DNA of 64,000 nt. It comes from Rhodopirellula sp. JB044 (GTDB lineage Bacteria > Planctomycetota > Planctomycetia > Pirellulales > Pirellulaceae). This document shows, piece after piece, positions 39,282-49,432 of the stretch. Where the stretch lies: assembly GCF_043101355.1 (NCBI RefSeq), contig NZ_JBICHZ010000005.1; one strand, written 5' to 3'. Each line of letters starts with the position of its first letter. Position 1 is the first letter of the stretch. The notes under the pieces are model-generated. The model did no database searches and was not told the origin of the DNA. It was given only the letters and a program-made list of their open reading frames with translations. Position numbers and translations under genes: made by a program.

Positions 39282-41501
39282 ATGTCGCGGCCCCATCCTG
39301 ATAAGTTCACGCGGCGTCAGACCAAAAAGAACTGCACAATGTCGAACCCACCCGTTCCGCAGAAAGCTCGCAAAGTAGCCATCCAGCCCTCACGTGCGCC
39401 CACCCGCCGCGCCCCGAGCCAACATCCGCGTGACCTGGATTGGTGCCAGCAATCGATCGCGTTGGGAGTCACCTTCGCGGTATCCGTCGTGGCAACCGTC
39501 TTGATCACTCCTTTCATTCCCGCCCGATCCCATCAGGATGCGTTTGGGAACATGGGTGGATCCACACCAATCCCTCTGGCCACCACCAAGGCAACGCAAG
39601 TCAAGCAGTCCTCGGGCGCGAATCCTCCACGTATTCCCATCGTCGAGCGACTCGATCAAGGATTGGTTGCGATCGTCCAACCCAACGAAAAGGTGTTCCT
39701 CAGCTGGAGAATGCTGGGACTCGATCCGACCGAGATCCGCTTCGACCTTTATCGCATTTCAGGGGACCGAGAGGTCCGGCTCAACGATTCGCCTCTGGTG
39801 AACACGTGGTTTATCGACGGCGGTTGGGACGGTTCCGTCGAAACCACATACCGGGTCGTTGCCGATCCAGAAAATGCGGGCCACAAGTTCGATAATACGT
39901 TCACACTGCCCGCCAACGCGGAGGCGCAAAAATGCCTGGAAATTCCTCTGCAGCAACCCGAGGCTGGAACCACTCCCGACGGGAAGGACTATCAATACAC
40001 CGCAAATGACGTGACCGTCGCCGACCTCAACGGCGATGGCCGCTATGAGTACATTCTTCGCTGGGAACCGACTAACACTTGGGGTGGCGGGCACCCCAAA
40101 CGTTACACAGGTCCCGTGTTGATCGACGCCTACACATTGGACGGCGAGCGTCTGTGGCGGATCAACTTGGGGACAAACATCAATGCATCGGCTCACATCA
40201 CGCAAATGAATGTGTACGACTTGGATGGTGACGGTCGTGCGGAAATCGCATTAAAAACTGCCGATGGGACACTTGACGGCCGCGGTAACCTCATCGGCGA
40301 AGGCGACCGTGATTATCGAGGCGACGATGGCGTCGTGCTGCGCGGGCCCGAATACCTGACCCTATTCGACGGCCTGACGGGAGCCAAACTCCACACGCAA
40401 TTATTCATTCCGCAGCGTCATCCGGACACGCACAGCCCAACACGCGACCAAATTTGGGACATTTGGGGCGACAACTATGGCGGGCGAATGGATCGATTTA
40501 ATTCCTGCATCGCTTATCTCGACGGCGTCCATCCCTTCCTTGTCACCGCCCGAGGCTACTACCACGGCAAAAAACGAGGAGGCCGCACCTGCATCGCCGC
40601 GTGGCAATGGAAGAATCACCAACTGGAGAACGTTTGGGTCTTTGACACACTCGGACATCCTGAACTCGCCGGTTATATCGGCCAAGGAAACCACCAAGTC
40701 TCCGTGGCGGACCTGGACGGAGATGGCCGAGACGAGATCGTGTTCGGTGGTTGCGCGATCGACGATGATGGCAGCGGGCTCTACACCACCGAATTGGGCC
40801 ACGGGGATGCTTTGCACGTGACCGACATGGATCCGCAAAATCCAGGCCTCGAGGTGTTCGACATTCACGAAGGCACCGACCACGACGCCGGAATTGAATT
40901 TCGTGCATCTGACGGATCCGCGATCTGGAAGAAGTACCCGCACCGAGACGTTGGACGCGGCGTCGCGTTCGATATCGATCCAGAACACAACGGCTTTGAG
41001 TTCTGGTCAACGGCAAGCAGCAAACTCTTCAACGTCCGCGGTGAAACCATCAGCGAGAAGAAACCTCGTTGGACCAACATGGGTATCTGGTGGGATGGTG
41101 ACCTACTACGCGAACTCGTCAACGGCACGATCATTGACAAATGGGATTGGAAACAACGCACCGACCAGCGGTTGCTTACCGGGTACCGTGATCCCTATTT
41201 CGCGTCGCAGAACAACGGCACGAAAGCGAATCCTTGCTTGATCGCAGACGTGCTCGGTGACTGGCGAGAGGAGCTGATCCTACGTTCTCGCGACAACAAC
41301 CGGTTGTTGATCTTTGTCAGCACAATCCCCACGCAATATCGATTGCGCACGCTGATGCACGATCCTCATTATCGGGTTTCCGTGGATTGGCAAAATGTCG
41401 GATACAACCAACCCGCCCATACCGGGTTTTACTTGGGTGCAGGAATGAAACTGCCGCAACCCCCCTATGCAGTCCAGTACGCCGCACCGAAACGCCGATA
41501 G
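39282..41501 (+). CDS. Rhamnogalacturonan lyase, family PL11 (YesW/YesX-like)
   Basis: ERLDQGLVA...VFLSWR; YTANDVTVADLNGDGRYEY; LWRINLG.NI.A.AH.TQ..VYDLDGDGRAEI; ARGYY; GQGNH; GHGDALH; NGTKANPCL.AD.LGDWREE; HDPHYR..V.WQNVGYNQP.H. The start is 39282 or 39339; the track ORF from 38829 overlaps the hydrolase and is too long. Confidence 0.92.
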   Translation: MSRPHPDKFTRRQTKKNCTMSNPPVPQKARKVAIQPSRAPTRRAPSQHPRDLDWCQQSIALGVTFAVSVVATVLITPFIPARSHQDAFGNMGGSTPIPLATTKATQVKQSSGANPPRIPIVERLDQGLVAIVQPNEKVFLSWRMLGLDPTEIRFDLYRISGDREVRLNDSPLVNTWFIDGGWDGSVETTYRVVADPENAGHKFDNTFTLPANAEAQKCLEIPLQQPEAGTTPDGKDYQYTANDVTVADLNGDGRYEYILRWEPTNTWGGGHPKRYTGPVLIDAYTLDGERLWRINLGTNINASAHITQMNVYDLDGDGRAEIALKTADGTLDGRGNLIGEGDRDYRGDDGVVLRGPEYLTLFDGLTGAKLHTQLFIPQRHPDTHSPTRDQIWDIWGDNYGGRMDRFNSCIAYLDGVHPFLVTARGYYHGKKRGGRTCIAAWQWKNHQLENVWVFDTLGHPELAGYIGQGNHQVSVADLDGDGRDEIVFGGCAIDDDGSGLYTTELGHGDALHVTDMDPQNPGLEVFDIHEGTDHDAGIEFRASDGSAIWKKYPHRDVGRGVAFDIDPEHNGFEFWSTASSKLFNVRGETISEKKPRWTNMGIWWDGDLLRELVNGTIIDKWDWKQRTDQRLLTGYRDPYFASQNNGTKANPCLIADVLGDWREELILRSRDNNRLLIFVSTIPTQYRLRTLMHDPHYRVSVDWQNVGYNQPAHTGFYLGAGMKLPQPPYAVQYAAPKRR

Positions 41502-41610
41502 CCTAGACGCCGCAAACGCACATCCGGACACACTCGGCGATGTCCCTTCCGAGTCGACAACAACCTGTCGGAACTCGAAAACGACGCGCACCAGTTAGAG
41601 CGACAGTGGA

Positions 41611-41638
41611 TGCGCATAGTTGATACTTGTTTGCGCAA
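41611..41638 (+). promoter_or_regulatory. Putative XylR/AraC-type operator (site D) upstream of galM-GH43
   Basis: TGCGCATAGTTGATACTTGTTTGCGCAA: TGCGCA half-sites 21 bp apart; -10-like TATCCT at 41669-41674. Confidence 0.55.
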
Positions 41639-41753
41639 AGGTTTAGTGACCAGGCCAAACCGCACGGCTATCCTTGGCGAGAGTGTCGCCTCAAACGCAC
41701 TCGCCTGCTTTCCGATTCAATGTCCCCACATCCAAATTTGGTCTCTCTATCTC

Positions 41754-42857
41754 ATGGCAATTTCCTTGATTCGAAGACTCTTTCTACTCGTCGTGACGGC
41801 AAGCATGACGTGCGGCATCGCTCCTGCCACCGAGGTTTCCGATTTTGACTCCATCAATCTCTACACGCTGACCAACCAAAACAACATGGTGGTGAAAATC
41901 ACCAACTATGGCGCGACCATAACCTCGATCATCGTCCCCGACCGCAACGGCGACATGGCGGACGTGGCTCTCGGTTACGACAACGTGGAAGGCTACATCA
42001 ACGCGGCGAATCGACCGTATTTCGGCAGTGTTGTCGGTCGCTACGGCAATCGCATTGCTCGAGGCAAGTTCACACTCGACGGCACGGAATACACTCTTGC
42101 AACCAACGATGGTGAAAACCACCTTCACGGAGGACAGATGGGTTTCGACAAAGTCGTCTGGGAGGCCGAACGAGTCGACAACGGTGTCAAAATGACTTAT
42201 CGAGCCCGTGATGGCGAAGAAGGCTACCCGGGAAATTTGACCTTGAGCGTCACGTATACGCTGACGAACGAAAACGCGATCGTCATGCACTACGAAGCCA
42301 CCACGGACAAACCAACGGTCGTCAACGTCACCAATCACACCTACTTCAACCTAGCCGGAGAAGGGGAACCGACGATCAACGATCACATCCTCCGAATCGA
42401 CGCGTCCAAATTCACACCTGTCGACGCGGGACTAATCCCTACCGGTGAACTGCGTGACGTAGCAGGAACACCTTTCGACTTTCGCGAACCCAAACTGATC
42501 GGGCGTGACCTTCAGTCAAACGATTCCCAACTGCAACACGGCCTCGGTTACGACCACAACTGGGTACTCGACCGGGAAAAGGCTGGACTCGAATTAGCCG
42601 CTACTTTGCATGAAGCGAAGAGCGGACGCGTGCTCGATGTGCTCACTACCGAACCCGCGATTCAGTTCTACGGCGGAAACTTTTTAGATGGAAACTTGAT
42701 CGGCAAATCGGGCAAGGCCTACCAGCATCGAAGTGGATTGTGCCTGGAAACACAACACAGCCCAGACAGCCCGAATCGCCCCGAATGGCCGAGCACTACC
42801 CTGCGTCCAGGCGAGAAGTACGAGACCACCACGGTCTATCGTTTTGGAGTGAAATAG
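41754..42857 (+). CDS. galM: Aldose 1-epimerase (mutarotase) with signal peptide
   Basis: YFGSVVGRYGNRIA.GKF; HLHGG..GFDK; GEEGYPGNL; VNVTNHTYFNL; GYDHNW; QFYGGNFL; GLCLETQH.PDSPN. The ATG at 41754 gives a signal peptide (MAISLIRRLFLLVVTASMTCGIAPA). Confidence 0.93.
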   Translation: MAISLIRRLFLLVVTASMTCGIAPATEVSDFDSINLYTLTNQNNMVVKITNYGATITSIIVPDRNGDMADVALGYDNVEGYINAANRPYFGSVVGRYGNRIARGKFTLDGTEYTLATNDGENHLHGGQMGFDKVVWEAERVDNGVKMTYRARDGEEGYPGNLTLSVTYTLTNENAIVMHYEATTDKPTVVNVTNHTYFNLAGEGEPTINDHILRIDASKFTPVDAGLIPTGELRDVAGTPFDFREPKLIGRDLQSNDSQLQHGLGYDHNWVLDREKAGLELAATLHEAKSGRVLDVLTTEPAIQFYGGNFLDGNLIGKSGKAYQHRSGLCLETQHSPDSPNRPEWPSTTLRPGEKYETTTVYRFGVK

Positions 42858-42981
42858 CGACAACGCAACGCGTGTGACGCATCCTCTTGCTATGCCGCCT
42901 GACATGATACACCGCGAATAACCTTGGATGCCACGCTCGCGATGTGTACCGCGTGGCCTCGACCTCTCCTGACGAAACGAA

Positions 42982-43980
42982 ATGCGCACCATACTCTGCT
43001 TTCTTTTACTCACTGCAACTGCAGTAGCTGTCGAACCAAGACTTCCGTGGCAAAATCCGATTCTTTGGCAACGCGCCGACCCGCACGTTACCTTGCATAG
43101 CGACGGATGGTACTACTTCACCGCAACGGTCCCGCAATACGATCGCATCGAACTGCGGAAAGCAAAAACGCTCGGCGAATTATCCAACGCCCAGGCAAAA
43201 GTCGTCTGGCGAAAACACGACCGCGGTCCGATGAGCCATCACATCTGGGCTCCCGAGATCCATTTCATCGATGGCAAATGGTACATCTACTTCGCAGCCG
43301 GACGAGCTGAGGCGATCTGGGATATTCGCCAATACGTACTCGAGTGTGATGCGTCCGACCCACTCAAAGGTCAATGGGTTGAAAAAGGCCAGATCAAAAT
43401 GAACCGGGAATCATTCACCTTGGACGCCACAACCTTCCGGCATCTCGGCAAGAGATACCTCGCGTGGGCGCAAAGCGTTCCGGAAGAACGTGGCACACGC
43501 ATTTTTCTCGCTGAAATGGATACGCCTTGGTCCATCACCGGACAACAGGTCGCAATCACGAAACCGGATCTGCCTTGGGAACGCATCGGACACAATGTCA
43601 ACGAGGCCCCCGCGTTCATTCACAGAAACGGAAAACTCTTCATGACGTATTCGGCCAGCGCAACAGATTCGAATTATTGCCTTGGCTTGCTCACCGCTGA
43701 TGAGAATGCCAACCTGCTCGACCCACAATCTTGGAGCAAATCACCGACTCCCGTGCTGAAGAGCCATCCCGAAACCAGCCAATTTGGCCCAGGGCACAAC
43801 TGCTTCACCACGTCACCCGACGGAAGCACAGATATTTTGGTTTATCACTCCCGCGACTACGAAACAATCAAAGGCGATCCTCTAAACAACCCAGACCGTG
43901 CGACGCGCGCGCAGGTGCTGCTGTGGAACGATGACGGTACACCCAACTTCGGCGTGCCCGTTGCGAACGACCGAAAATAA
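42982..43980 (+). CDS. GH43 alpha-L-arabinofuranosidase (GH43_26-like)
   Basis: Signal peptide; QRADPHV; HIWAPEIH.IDGKWYIYFAAG; FTLDATTF; VNEAP; YSASATD.NYC.GLL; GPGHNCF. Confidence 0.88.
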   Translation: MRTILCFLLLTATAVAVEPRLPWQNPILWQRADPHVTLHSDGWYYFTATVPQYDRIELRKAKTLGELSNAQAKVVWRKHDRGPMSHHIWAPEIHFIDGKWYIYFAAGRAEAIWDIRQYVLECDASDPLKGQWVEKGQIKMNRESFTLDATTFRHLGKRYLAWAQSVPEERGTRIFLAEMDTPWSITGQQVAITKPDLPWERIGHNVNEAPAFIHRNGKLFMTYSASATDSNYCLGLLTADENANLLDPQSWSKSPTPVLKSHPETSQFGPGHNCFTTSPDGSTDILVYHSRDYETIKGDPLNNPDRATRAQVLLWNDDGTPNFGVPVANDRK

Positions 43981-43987
43981 AACGCCC

Positions 43988-44018
43988 GCTCAACCGAATC
44001 GCTGCTCAACCGAATCGC
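43988..44018. repeat. 15-bp direct repeat GCTCAACCGAATCGC x2
   Basis: Exact copies at 43988 and 44004, just after the GH43 stop. Confidence 0.6.
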
Positions 44019-44211
44019 CGGCCACGCCTGCGGCACCGACGGCGTATCGAAAACCATCTATCTAGGATCACGCCGAGAAAACTGGGAGCGATGCTCCTCA
44101 CCGCAAAGTGCCGCCAACGAACCGGACATCCCCTCGCGGTTATTGGGTCTCAACTTGTTTGAATCTCACCGCGATTCGAGGCCACTTGGATCAAGACCTC
44201 TTCGTTGAAAC

Positions 44212-47200
44212 TCATTGGGTCGCCACGACGCTTTCATCGGCAGACAGATCATGAGCCTCTTGGTCGGCCTCAACACACAGCCATGTCACGTTGGGCTTCA
44301 ATCCCGGATAACGTTGCTGCGTTCCACAGGCCCACCTCACTACAACGTCGCACTCACCGGCGGACTCGCCTAGCCCGACCCGCAGAATCCGCTGGTTGCT
44401 GCAAAGGTAACCATCGCCCGACGTCAGCGGAACCACCCACCGCCGATCGTTGGATTCAATTTCGACAACAGCACCAATGGCATCCCGCGAGCAATCTCGC
44501 CCCACCAACTGCACCCCGATCCAATCACCAGACTCTTCGGTTTGATTGACCAACAATGCAACCGGTTCGGTTTGGTGAGTGACGACTAAATCCGTCCGCC
44601 CGTCACGGTTGGCAACGACAGTCCACAGGGCCCGCCCGACGTGCTTGGCACTGATGTACTCTCCGTCAATCAACTCAGCAACCGATTCATAATCATCGAC
44701 GGTATGTCTCCGAAAGACTTGTATCGGCTGCGCATACGAACCGGACTTTTCACCTGGGTAATGATCCACGTGACCGTTAGTGACAACGAGTTCGAGCCAA
44801 CCATCATTATCGAGATCCACGGCCTGCGTCCCGAACCCTACCATCGGCAATGTGTCTGAGTACAGTCGCTGCGGCATCGTCTGGTCTCTCCAGACCCCCG
44901 GACTCAGTTGGTCATGATAGGTATTGCACTCCTGATGGAAATTCGTGACGTAGAGATCAAAGTCTCCGTCACGATCGAAATCTCCTGTCGCCAACCCCAT
45001 CGACCCTTGATACGGCGAATCGTTGCTCGCCCCCAATCCTCGTACGATCGCGGATTCGCTCAAGGCAAATTCCTTACTCCCGGCTCGACTCCAATAGTGG
45101 TTGCTTGACTGATCGTTGGCGACAAAAAGATCCACGCCGGGTACTTGGTCAAGGTCACCCGCAATCACACCGAGTCCTCGGCCGAGGTTCGACGCGGTGG
45201 GCTGCAAAGACGTCTGGTGAGCAAACTCTCCCGTTTGAGAGTTTAGGTAGAATCGATCCGCTGCCGCTTTGAAATTCAACGGGGCACACGCACGTGCAAG
45301 ACGTTTGCTCGCCCCAAAACACTTCTTGGTTACCGGTTTGAGACCACTGCCGTAGTTTAAAATTGTCAGATCCGCCAATCCGTCTTGATTCCAATCAGCA
45401 ATCGCACCGCTCGATGACCAAACGACTTCCTGGCCATCGCTCGGCAACCGTTCGCTCGCGTCAGTGAATGTTCCATCGCCGTTATTGATGCATAGAACAT
45501 TCGGACCGTAGTTCAATACCAACAAATCAGGAAAACCATCTTCGTTGACATCCCCGACCGCGACTCCTTGCCCAAAACCGGTGTCATCGGTCCCGGATTC
45601 ACGACTCACGTCGGCAAAGGTGCCTCCTCGATTGATCCAAAGTGCATTCGGACTCGAATCTCGATTTGGTGGGGTGCCGCCCGCCGCCGCGAAGTACAAA
45701 TCCGGCCAGCCATCGAGGTTATAGTCGATGGTCCCGCCACCACAGCCCAACGTTTGGTAATGCATCACGCCTGGACGATCCAGGTCATCCGCCGTACGCC
45801 CAAAGAACGTTAGTGATCGCTCATTCGCCTCGTTCTTCAATTGCAGACGTTCGGAACGCCGGCGGATGCGGATTTGCTCCTGGTCTCGTTGACCAGCGAT
45901 TTTTCCAGGCGAGTCCAATCGCGGCGAAACGAGATGGCTAAGATCCATCCGCAACTCGAGGTGTTTTTCATCGATCTGCCAGGGGGTGTCTTTTCGCAAT
46001 GAACGAACGATCGACTCACGAATTTGAGCAACCGGCACAGACGGATCGCCCGGTAGCCGAGTTGCAATCGCGGCCCAGGCTTCGGCCTCCCATAGACGCC
46101 CCAGGTTTTTCAAGGTTTCGGCAATTTCAACCGCGATAGCCCGCGAAGGATAGGTGCGAAACCGTGTCGTCGCATCGTTAAAAAGGGTCAGCAACTTTAC
46201 TCGCTCCTCAACGGAGTGAAGAGTCAAATCATCAATCCCATGACTACCGTGGTCGAGTTGCTTCAGCGAAGTCGCTAGTTTGAGCCAATATTCGCGACCA
46301 TCCGCGTCCCGCCGCGCCGCCTCCCAATACGCTCGCGTCGCTTCCGTTTGCCGACCTGCATACCAGCACCAATCACCCACCGCTAACCAATAGTCAGGAT
46401 AGTCATCAATGCCGTCAGGCAGTTCGACCGCGAATGTCGCAAACTCGTCGTACGCAGCCGTTGCGATCAACACACGACATCGCAGTGCGTTGGCAGGCAA
46501 GTGTTCGGGGTGAGTCTCGAGGACTTGACGGAGAGTCGCTTCTGCCTGCGTGAACTCGCCCTGATCGAAACGGTACTTTGCTTCGGCAAGGAGAGGTCGT
46601 TTGTCTCGCGGATGACGCTTGGCCATCGCCACAAAAGACTCCAATCGATCCGTTCCCGATTCGGTGGAACTGAGCGTCAATAGCAACGGCAAATCAAACT
46701 GGCGATACTTCACCAAAAGACGACCATGAGGAATTGCTCTCCGTCGGTCTTCCGCGCCCCAACACATGTCGTAAAAGTATTGCCGAATCTCATGCAACTC
46801 GGGATCGACTTCCAACACATCTTCAAAAAGGTCCAGACAATCGAATAGCCGCCCGACCTTCAACAGCGCTTCCATCGCTCTCTTGATCCCGGCCACATCT
46901 TGAAAATCCTCTGCGCGGCATGCATCCACCACGAGTTCTGCAGCAACGTCAGGCTTTCCAACTTTCTGAGCGACACTTGCGACCAGGTACATCACCTCCG
47001 CGTCATCTGGATGTTGCGTCAAGGCAGCGTTAGAACATTCCCACGCCTCCTGCCAACGTTGCCGCTCCACGGCTACACGCAAATGCTGTAAAGGATTGAC
47101 CGGCGAGTCCACCGGAACCGGATCCAACTTCTGCTCTGCCGGCATACTCTCGTCGGTTCGGCTGCAACCGATCTGCACGTACAACACCAACGTGGCACCG

Positions 47201-47238
47201 ACGATGAGCCAAACAATCTGATTACGATGAACAAGCAA
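44212..47238 (-). CDS. TPR + FG-GAP/CRTAC1-like + ASPIC/UnbV lipoprotein (copy 3)
   Basis: Lipobox-like VQIGC; TPR half; TLGCGGGTIDYNLDGWPDLY; GFGQGVAVGDVNEDGFPDL; SRDAIGAVV...GDGYLCSNQRILRVGLG. Closest to copy 2. Confidence 0.88.
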   Translation of the reverse strand: MLVHRNQIVWLIVGATLVLYVQIGCSRTDESMPAEQKLDPVPVDSPVNPLQHLRVAVERQRWQEAWECSNAALTQHPDDAEVMYLVASVAQKVGKPDVAAELVVDACRAEDFQDVAGIKRAMEALLKVGRLFDCLDLFEDVLEVDPELHEIRQYFYDMCWGAEDRRRAIPHGRLLVKYRQFDLPLLLTLSSTESGTDRLESFVAMAKRHPRDKRPLLAEAKYRFDQGEFTQAEATLRQVLETHPEHLPANALRCRVLIATAAYDEFATFAVELPDGIDDYPDYWLAVGDWCWYAGRQTEATRAYWEAARRDADGREYWLKLATSLKQLDHGSHGIDDLTLHSVEERVKLLTLFNDATTRFRTYPSRAIAVEIAETLKNLGRLWEAEAWAAIATRLPGDPSVPVAQIRESIVRSLRKDTPWQIDEKHLELRMDLSHLVSPRLDSPGKIAGQRDQEQIRIRRRSERLQLKNEANERSLTFFGRTADDLDRPGVMHYQTLGCGGGTIDYNLDGWPDLYFAAAGGTPPNRDSSPNALWINRGGTFADVSRESGTDDTGFGQGVAVGDVNEDGFPDLLVLNYGPNVLCINNGDGTFTDASERLPSDGQEVVWSSSGAIADWNQDGLADLTILNYGSGLKPVTKKCFGASKRLARACAPLNFKAAADRFYLNSQTGEFAHQTSLQPTASNLGRGLGVIAGDLDQVPGVDLFVANDQSSNHYWSRAGSKEFALSESAIVRGLGASNDSPYQGSMGLATGDFDRDGDFDLYVTNFHQECNTYHDQLSPGVWRDQTMPQRLYSDTLPMVGFGTQAVDLDNDGWLELVVTNGHVDHYPGEKSGSYAQPIQVFRRHTVDDYESVAELIDGEYISAKHVGRALWTVVANRDGRTDLVVTHQTEPVALLVNQTEESGDWIGVQLVGRDCSRDAIGAVVEIESNDRRWVVPLTSGDGYLCSNQRILRVGLGESAGECDVVVRWACGTQQRYPGLKPNVTWLCVEADQEAHDLSADESVVATQ

Positions 47239-47516
47239 TGCACTTACCTTTTCGCGATGCTCAAGACCTCCTGCGCCAAGAAACCGATTCGAACATGAAT
47301 TAGCCGATCGGTGGTAGCCGCGGTTTCCAGGATATACCCGAAACCAGCGATTGAGGGGCGATCAATTTACCGAGGTGATCGGATAATGCCGAATTGTCGC
47401 CATGGTGGAAAACCGCAAAGCACTTCGCCGCCCCACCTTCAAACCGCCCCCCCCTTCAAACCACGCGACCACCGCCCGACCGAACCCTTAACGCGGTTCG
47501 CTCACGCGTCACACTG

Positions 47517-47544
47517 TACGCAAAAACGACATTTTTGTGCGCAA
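47517..47544 (+). promoter_or_regulatory. Putative XylR/AraC-type operator (site A) upstream of DUF1559 copy 2
   Basis: TACGCAAAAACGACATTTTTGTGCGCAA, 25/28 identical to the araD site; perfect TATAAT at 47574-47579. Confidence 0.7.
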
Positions 47545-47776
47545 TGCCGGATAGAATCCCCGGGAACCAAACCTATAATTGGCTCTAATGTTCAAGAGTG
47601 TCACCTAAAGGGCTTCCTCCTGGACAGCCCAACCCGATACCGGGAAAGGCGTTATTCCCCCGTCAAAACTGTTTTGATTGGTGCCGCGGATTTGTTTCCA
47701 GAACACCTTTCGGTCTTTGCCGATTAGAAACAGTCCGATTTTGTCCATCGTTATACATTGAACTGGAGATGCAGAC

Positions 47777-49018
47777 ATGAGTCCTCAAAGAGTTTGCCCA
47801 CGCAAGGCAAGAGAAGCATTCACACTGGTGGAATTGCTTGTTGTGATCGCAATCATTGGCGTGTTGGTCGGGTTGCTACTGCCCGCCGTACAAGCAGCCC
47901 GTGAAGCTGCACGTCGGATGAGTTGCAGCAACAATTTCAAACAAATTGGATTGGGCATCCACAACTACCACGCGGCGTTCAATCAAATCCCGACGCATAT
48001 GAGCGGAACCGCATCCAGCGGTGGCGGCACGAACCAACTTAACAACCAGCAGATCCTTAGCTACCTCGTCGGAATCTTACCATTCGTCGAGCAGCAAGCA
48101 TTGTGGGAACAGATTTCTAACCCGAACGCTAGTAATGCCGATGGTTCGGCAAAGTCGCCACCGTGGCCTGCGATGGGCCCCGCCCCTTACATTGGAACGT
48201 ACGGTCCTTGGGCGACGGAGATCCCCACCTTTCGCTGCCCAAGCGATCCAGGGAAGGGACTGCCATCGCTCGGCCGGAGCAATTACGCCGCATGTGTTGG
48301 TGATGACGCGATGACCAATTTTGGCCCCTACCACCCTTGGTTCGGGGGCGAACGATGGGGTGACATCCTCGTCAACGATGCACGGGCACACTACCGTGGC
48401 TTTTTCAAGCCGATGCTGAAATCAAGATTCCGTGATGTACTCGATGGCCTCGCCAACACGATCGCCGCAGGTGAAATGAACACCGACCTCGGTGACCGAG
48501 ACATCACCACCGCCGCGTTGAACAACCCAGGAGCATGGTGGAGCCTGACGGACAATCGCAACCACTGTGCCTCTTTGATTAGTGCCGAACGACCGCAATT
48601 CTGGGACGCCTCGGTCCCTCAAGCCTCACCGGGCAGCGACCCGGGCGATGGTGGACTCGTAAACTCAGACTTTGGACGTGGCTATATGTGGGCAGTCGGC
48701 GAACCACTGCAAACTTCCTTTACCACGATCAAGGCTCCGAACTCGGAATTGTGCATCATCGACGGTAACCCTGGATCTGAAATCATGGCCAGTGCAAGCA
48801 GTCGTCACCAAGGCGGGGCACACGTGCTGATGGGTGACGGTGCAGTCAAATTCATTACCGACTCGATCGATACCGGTTCCCACAACGGCATGGTTTTCTG
48901 GGACCACGCTACCAACCGCCCAGGCGCACCGACGGTTCCTGGTTCACCAAGCCCATTCGGACTTTGGGGAGCTCTCGGCACTCGTGCCAGCAAAGAAGTT
49001 ATCGATCAAGAATTTTAA
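47777..49018 (+). CDS. DUF1559 prepilin-like protein (copy 2)
   Basis: [53 protein letters not shown]; [22 protein letters not shown]; [16 protein letters not shown]; GGAG RBS upstream. Confidence 0.95.
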   Translation: MSPQRVCPRKAREAFTLVELLVVIAIIGVLVGLLLPAVQAAREAARRMSCSNNFKQIGLGIHNYHAAFNQIPTHMSGTASSGGGTNQLNNQQILSYLVGILPFVEQQALWEQISNPNASNADGSAKSPPWPAMGPAPYIGTYGPWATEIPTFRCPSDPGKGLPSLGRSNYAACVGDDAMTNFGPYHPWFGGERWGDILVNDARAHYRGFFKPMLKSRFRDVLDGLANTIAAGEMNTDLGDRDITTAALNNPGAWWSLTDNRNHCASLISAERPQFWDASVPQASPGSDPGDGGLVNSDFGRGYMWAVGEPLQTSFTTIKAPNSELCIIDGNPGSEIMASASSRHQGGAHVLMGDGAVKFITDSIDTGSHNGMVFWDHATNRPGAPTVPGSPSPFGLWGALGTRASKEVIDQEF

Positions 49019-49072
49019 TTGGGCCGAGCTCTACGCTTCGCTGATCCTACCTTATACGTGAAAGAGAATTTG

Positions 49073-49267
49073 ATGAGAAGGAAGTCTTGGCTGCTGTTGG
49101 CCCTGTGCGCTCTCAGCCTGCCGACCGCCGGCTGCGGACAAGAAGAAAACACGGTGATCCAAACGGATACCGCGAGAGAGGAGCGTTTTAGTAACTACGG
49201 GGAAACTTCCAAGGACGCCTCCTCAGACCGCTCTCGAGGATCCAGGAGCATTCCCGATCAACAGTAA
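49073..49267 (+). CDS. Small lipoprotein (64 aa), DUF1559-associated type
   Basis: MRRKSWLLLALCALSLPTAGC lipobox; 54 bp downstream of DUF1559; followed by a terminator. Confidence 0.75.
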   Translation: MRRKSWLLLALCALSLPTAGCGQEENTVIQTDTAREERFSNYGETSKDASSDRSRGSRSIPDQQ

Positions 49268-49291
49268 TTCGGCGATGCATTGAACAACGAC

Positions 49292-49321
49292 AGACACGCT
49301 CGCAAGAGCGTGTCTTTTTTA
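49292..49321 (+). terminator. Rho-independent terminator
   Basis: AGACACGCTC-GCAA-GAGCGTGTCT: 10-bp perfect stem, GNRA loop, then a T-tract. Confidence 0.85.
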
Positions 49322-49432
49322 TGCCCCGTCGCATTCAACGATGATGCGACCAGTCAAAATCACTGACCGCGAAAGGAATCAAACCGCCCAAGCCCGGCAA
49401 CACGTCACCGGCAAACATCTTCCAGGGGCGCC

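Noticed and set aside
43988-44018. 15-bp direct repeat as a CRISPR remnant or target-site duplication
   Set aside because: Only two copies, 1 nt apart, with no spacer, cas gene or transposase nearby; probably replication slippage.
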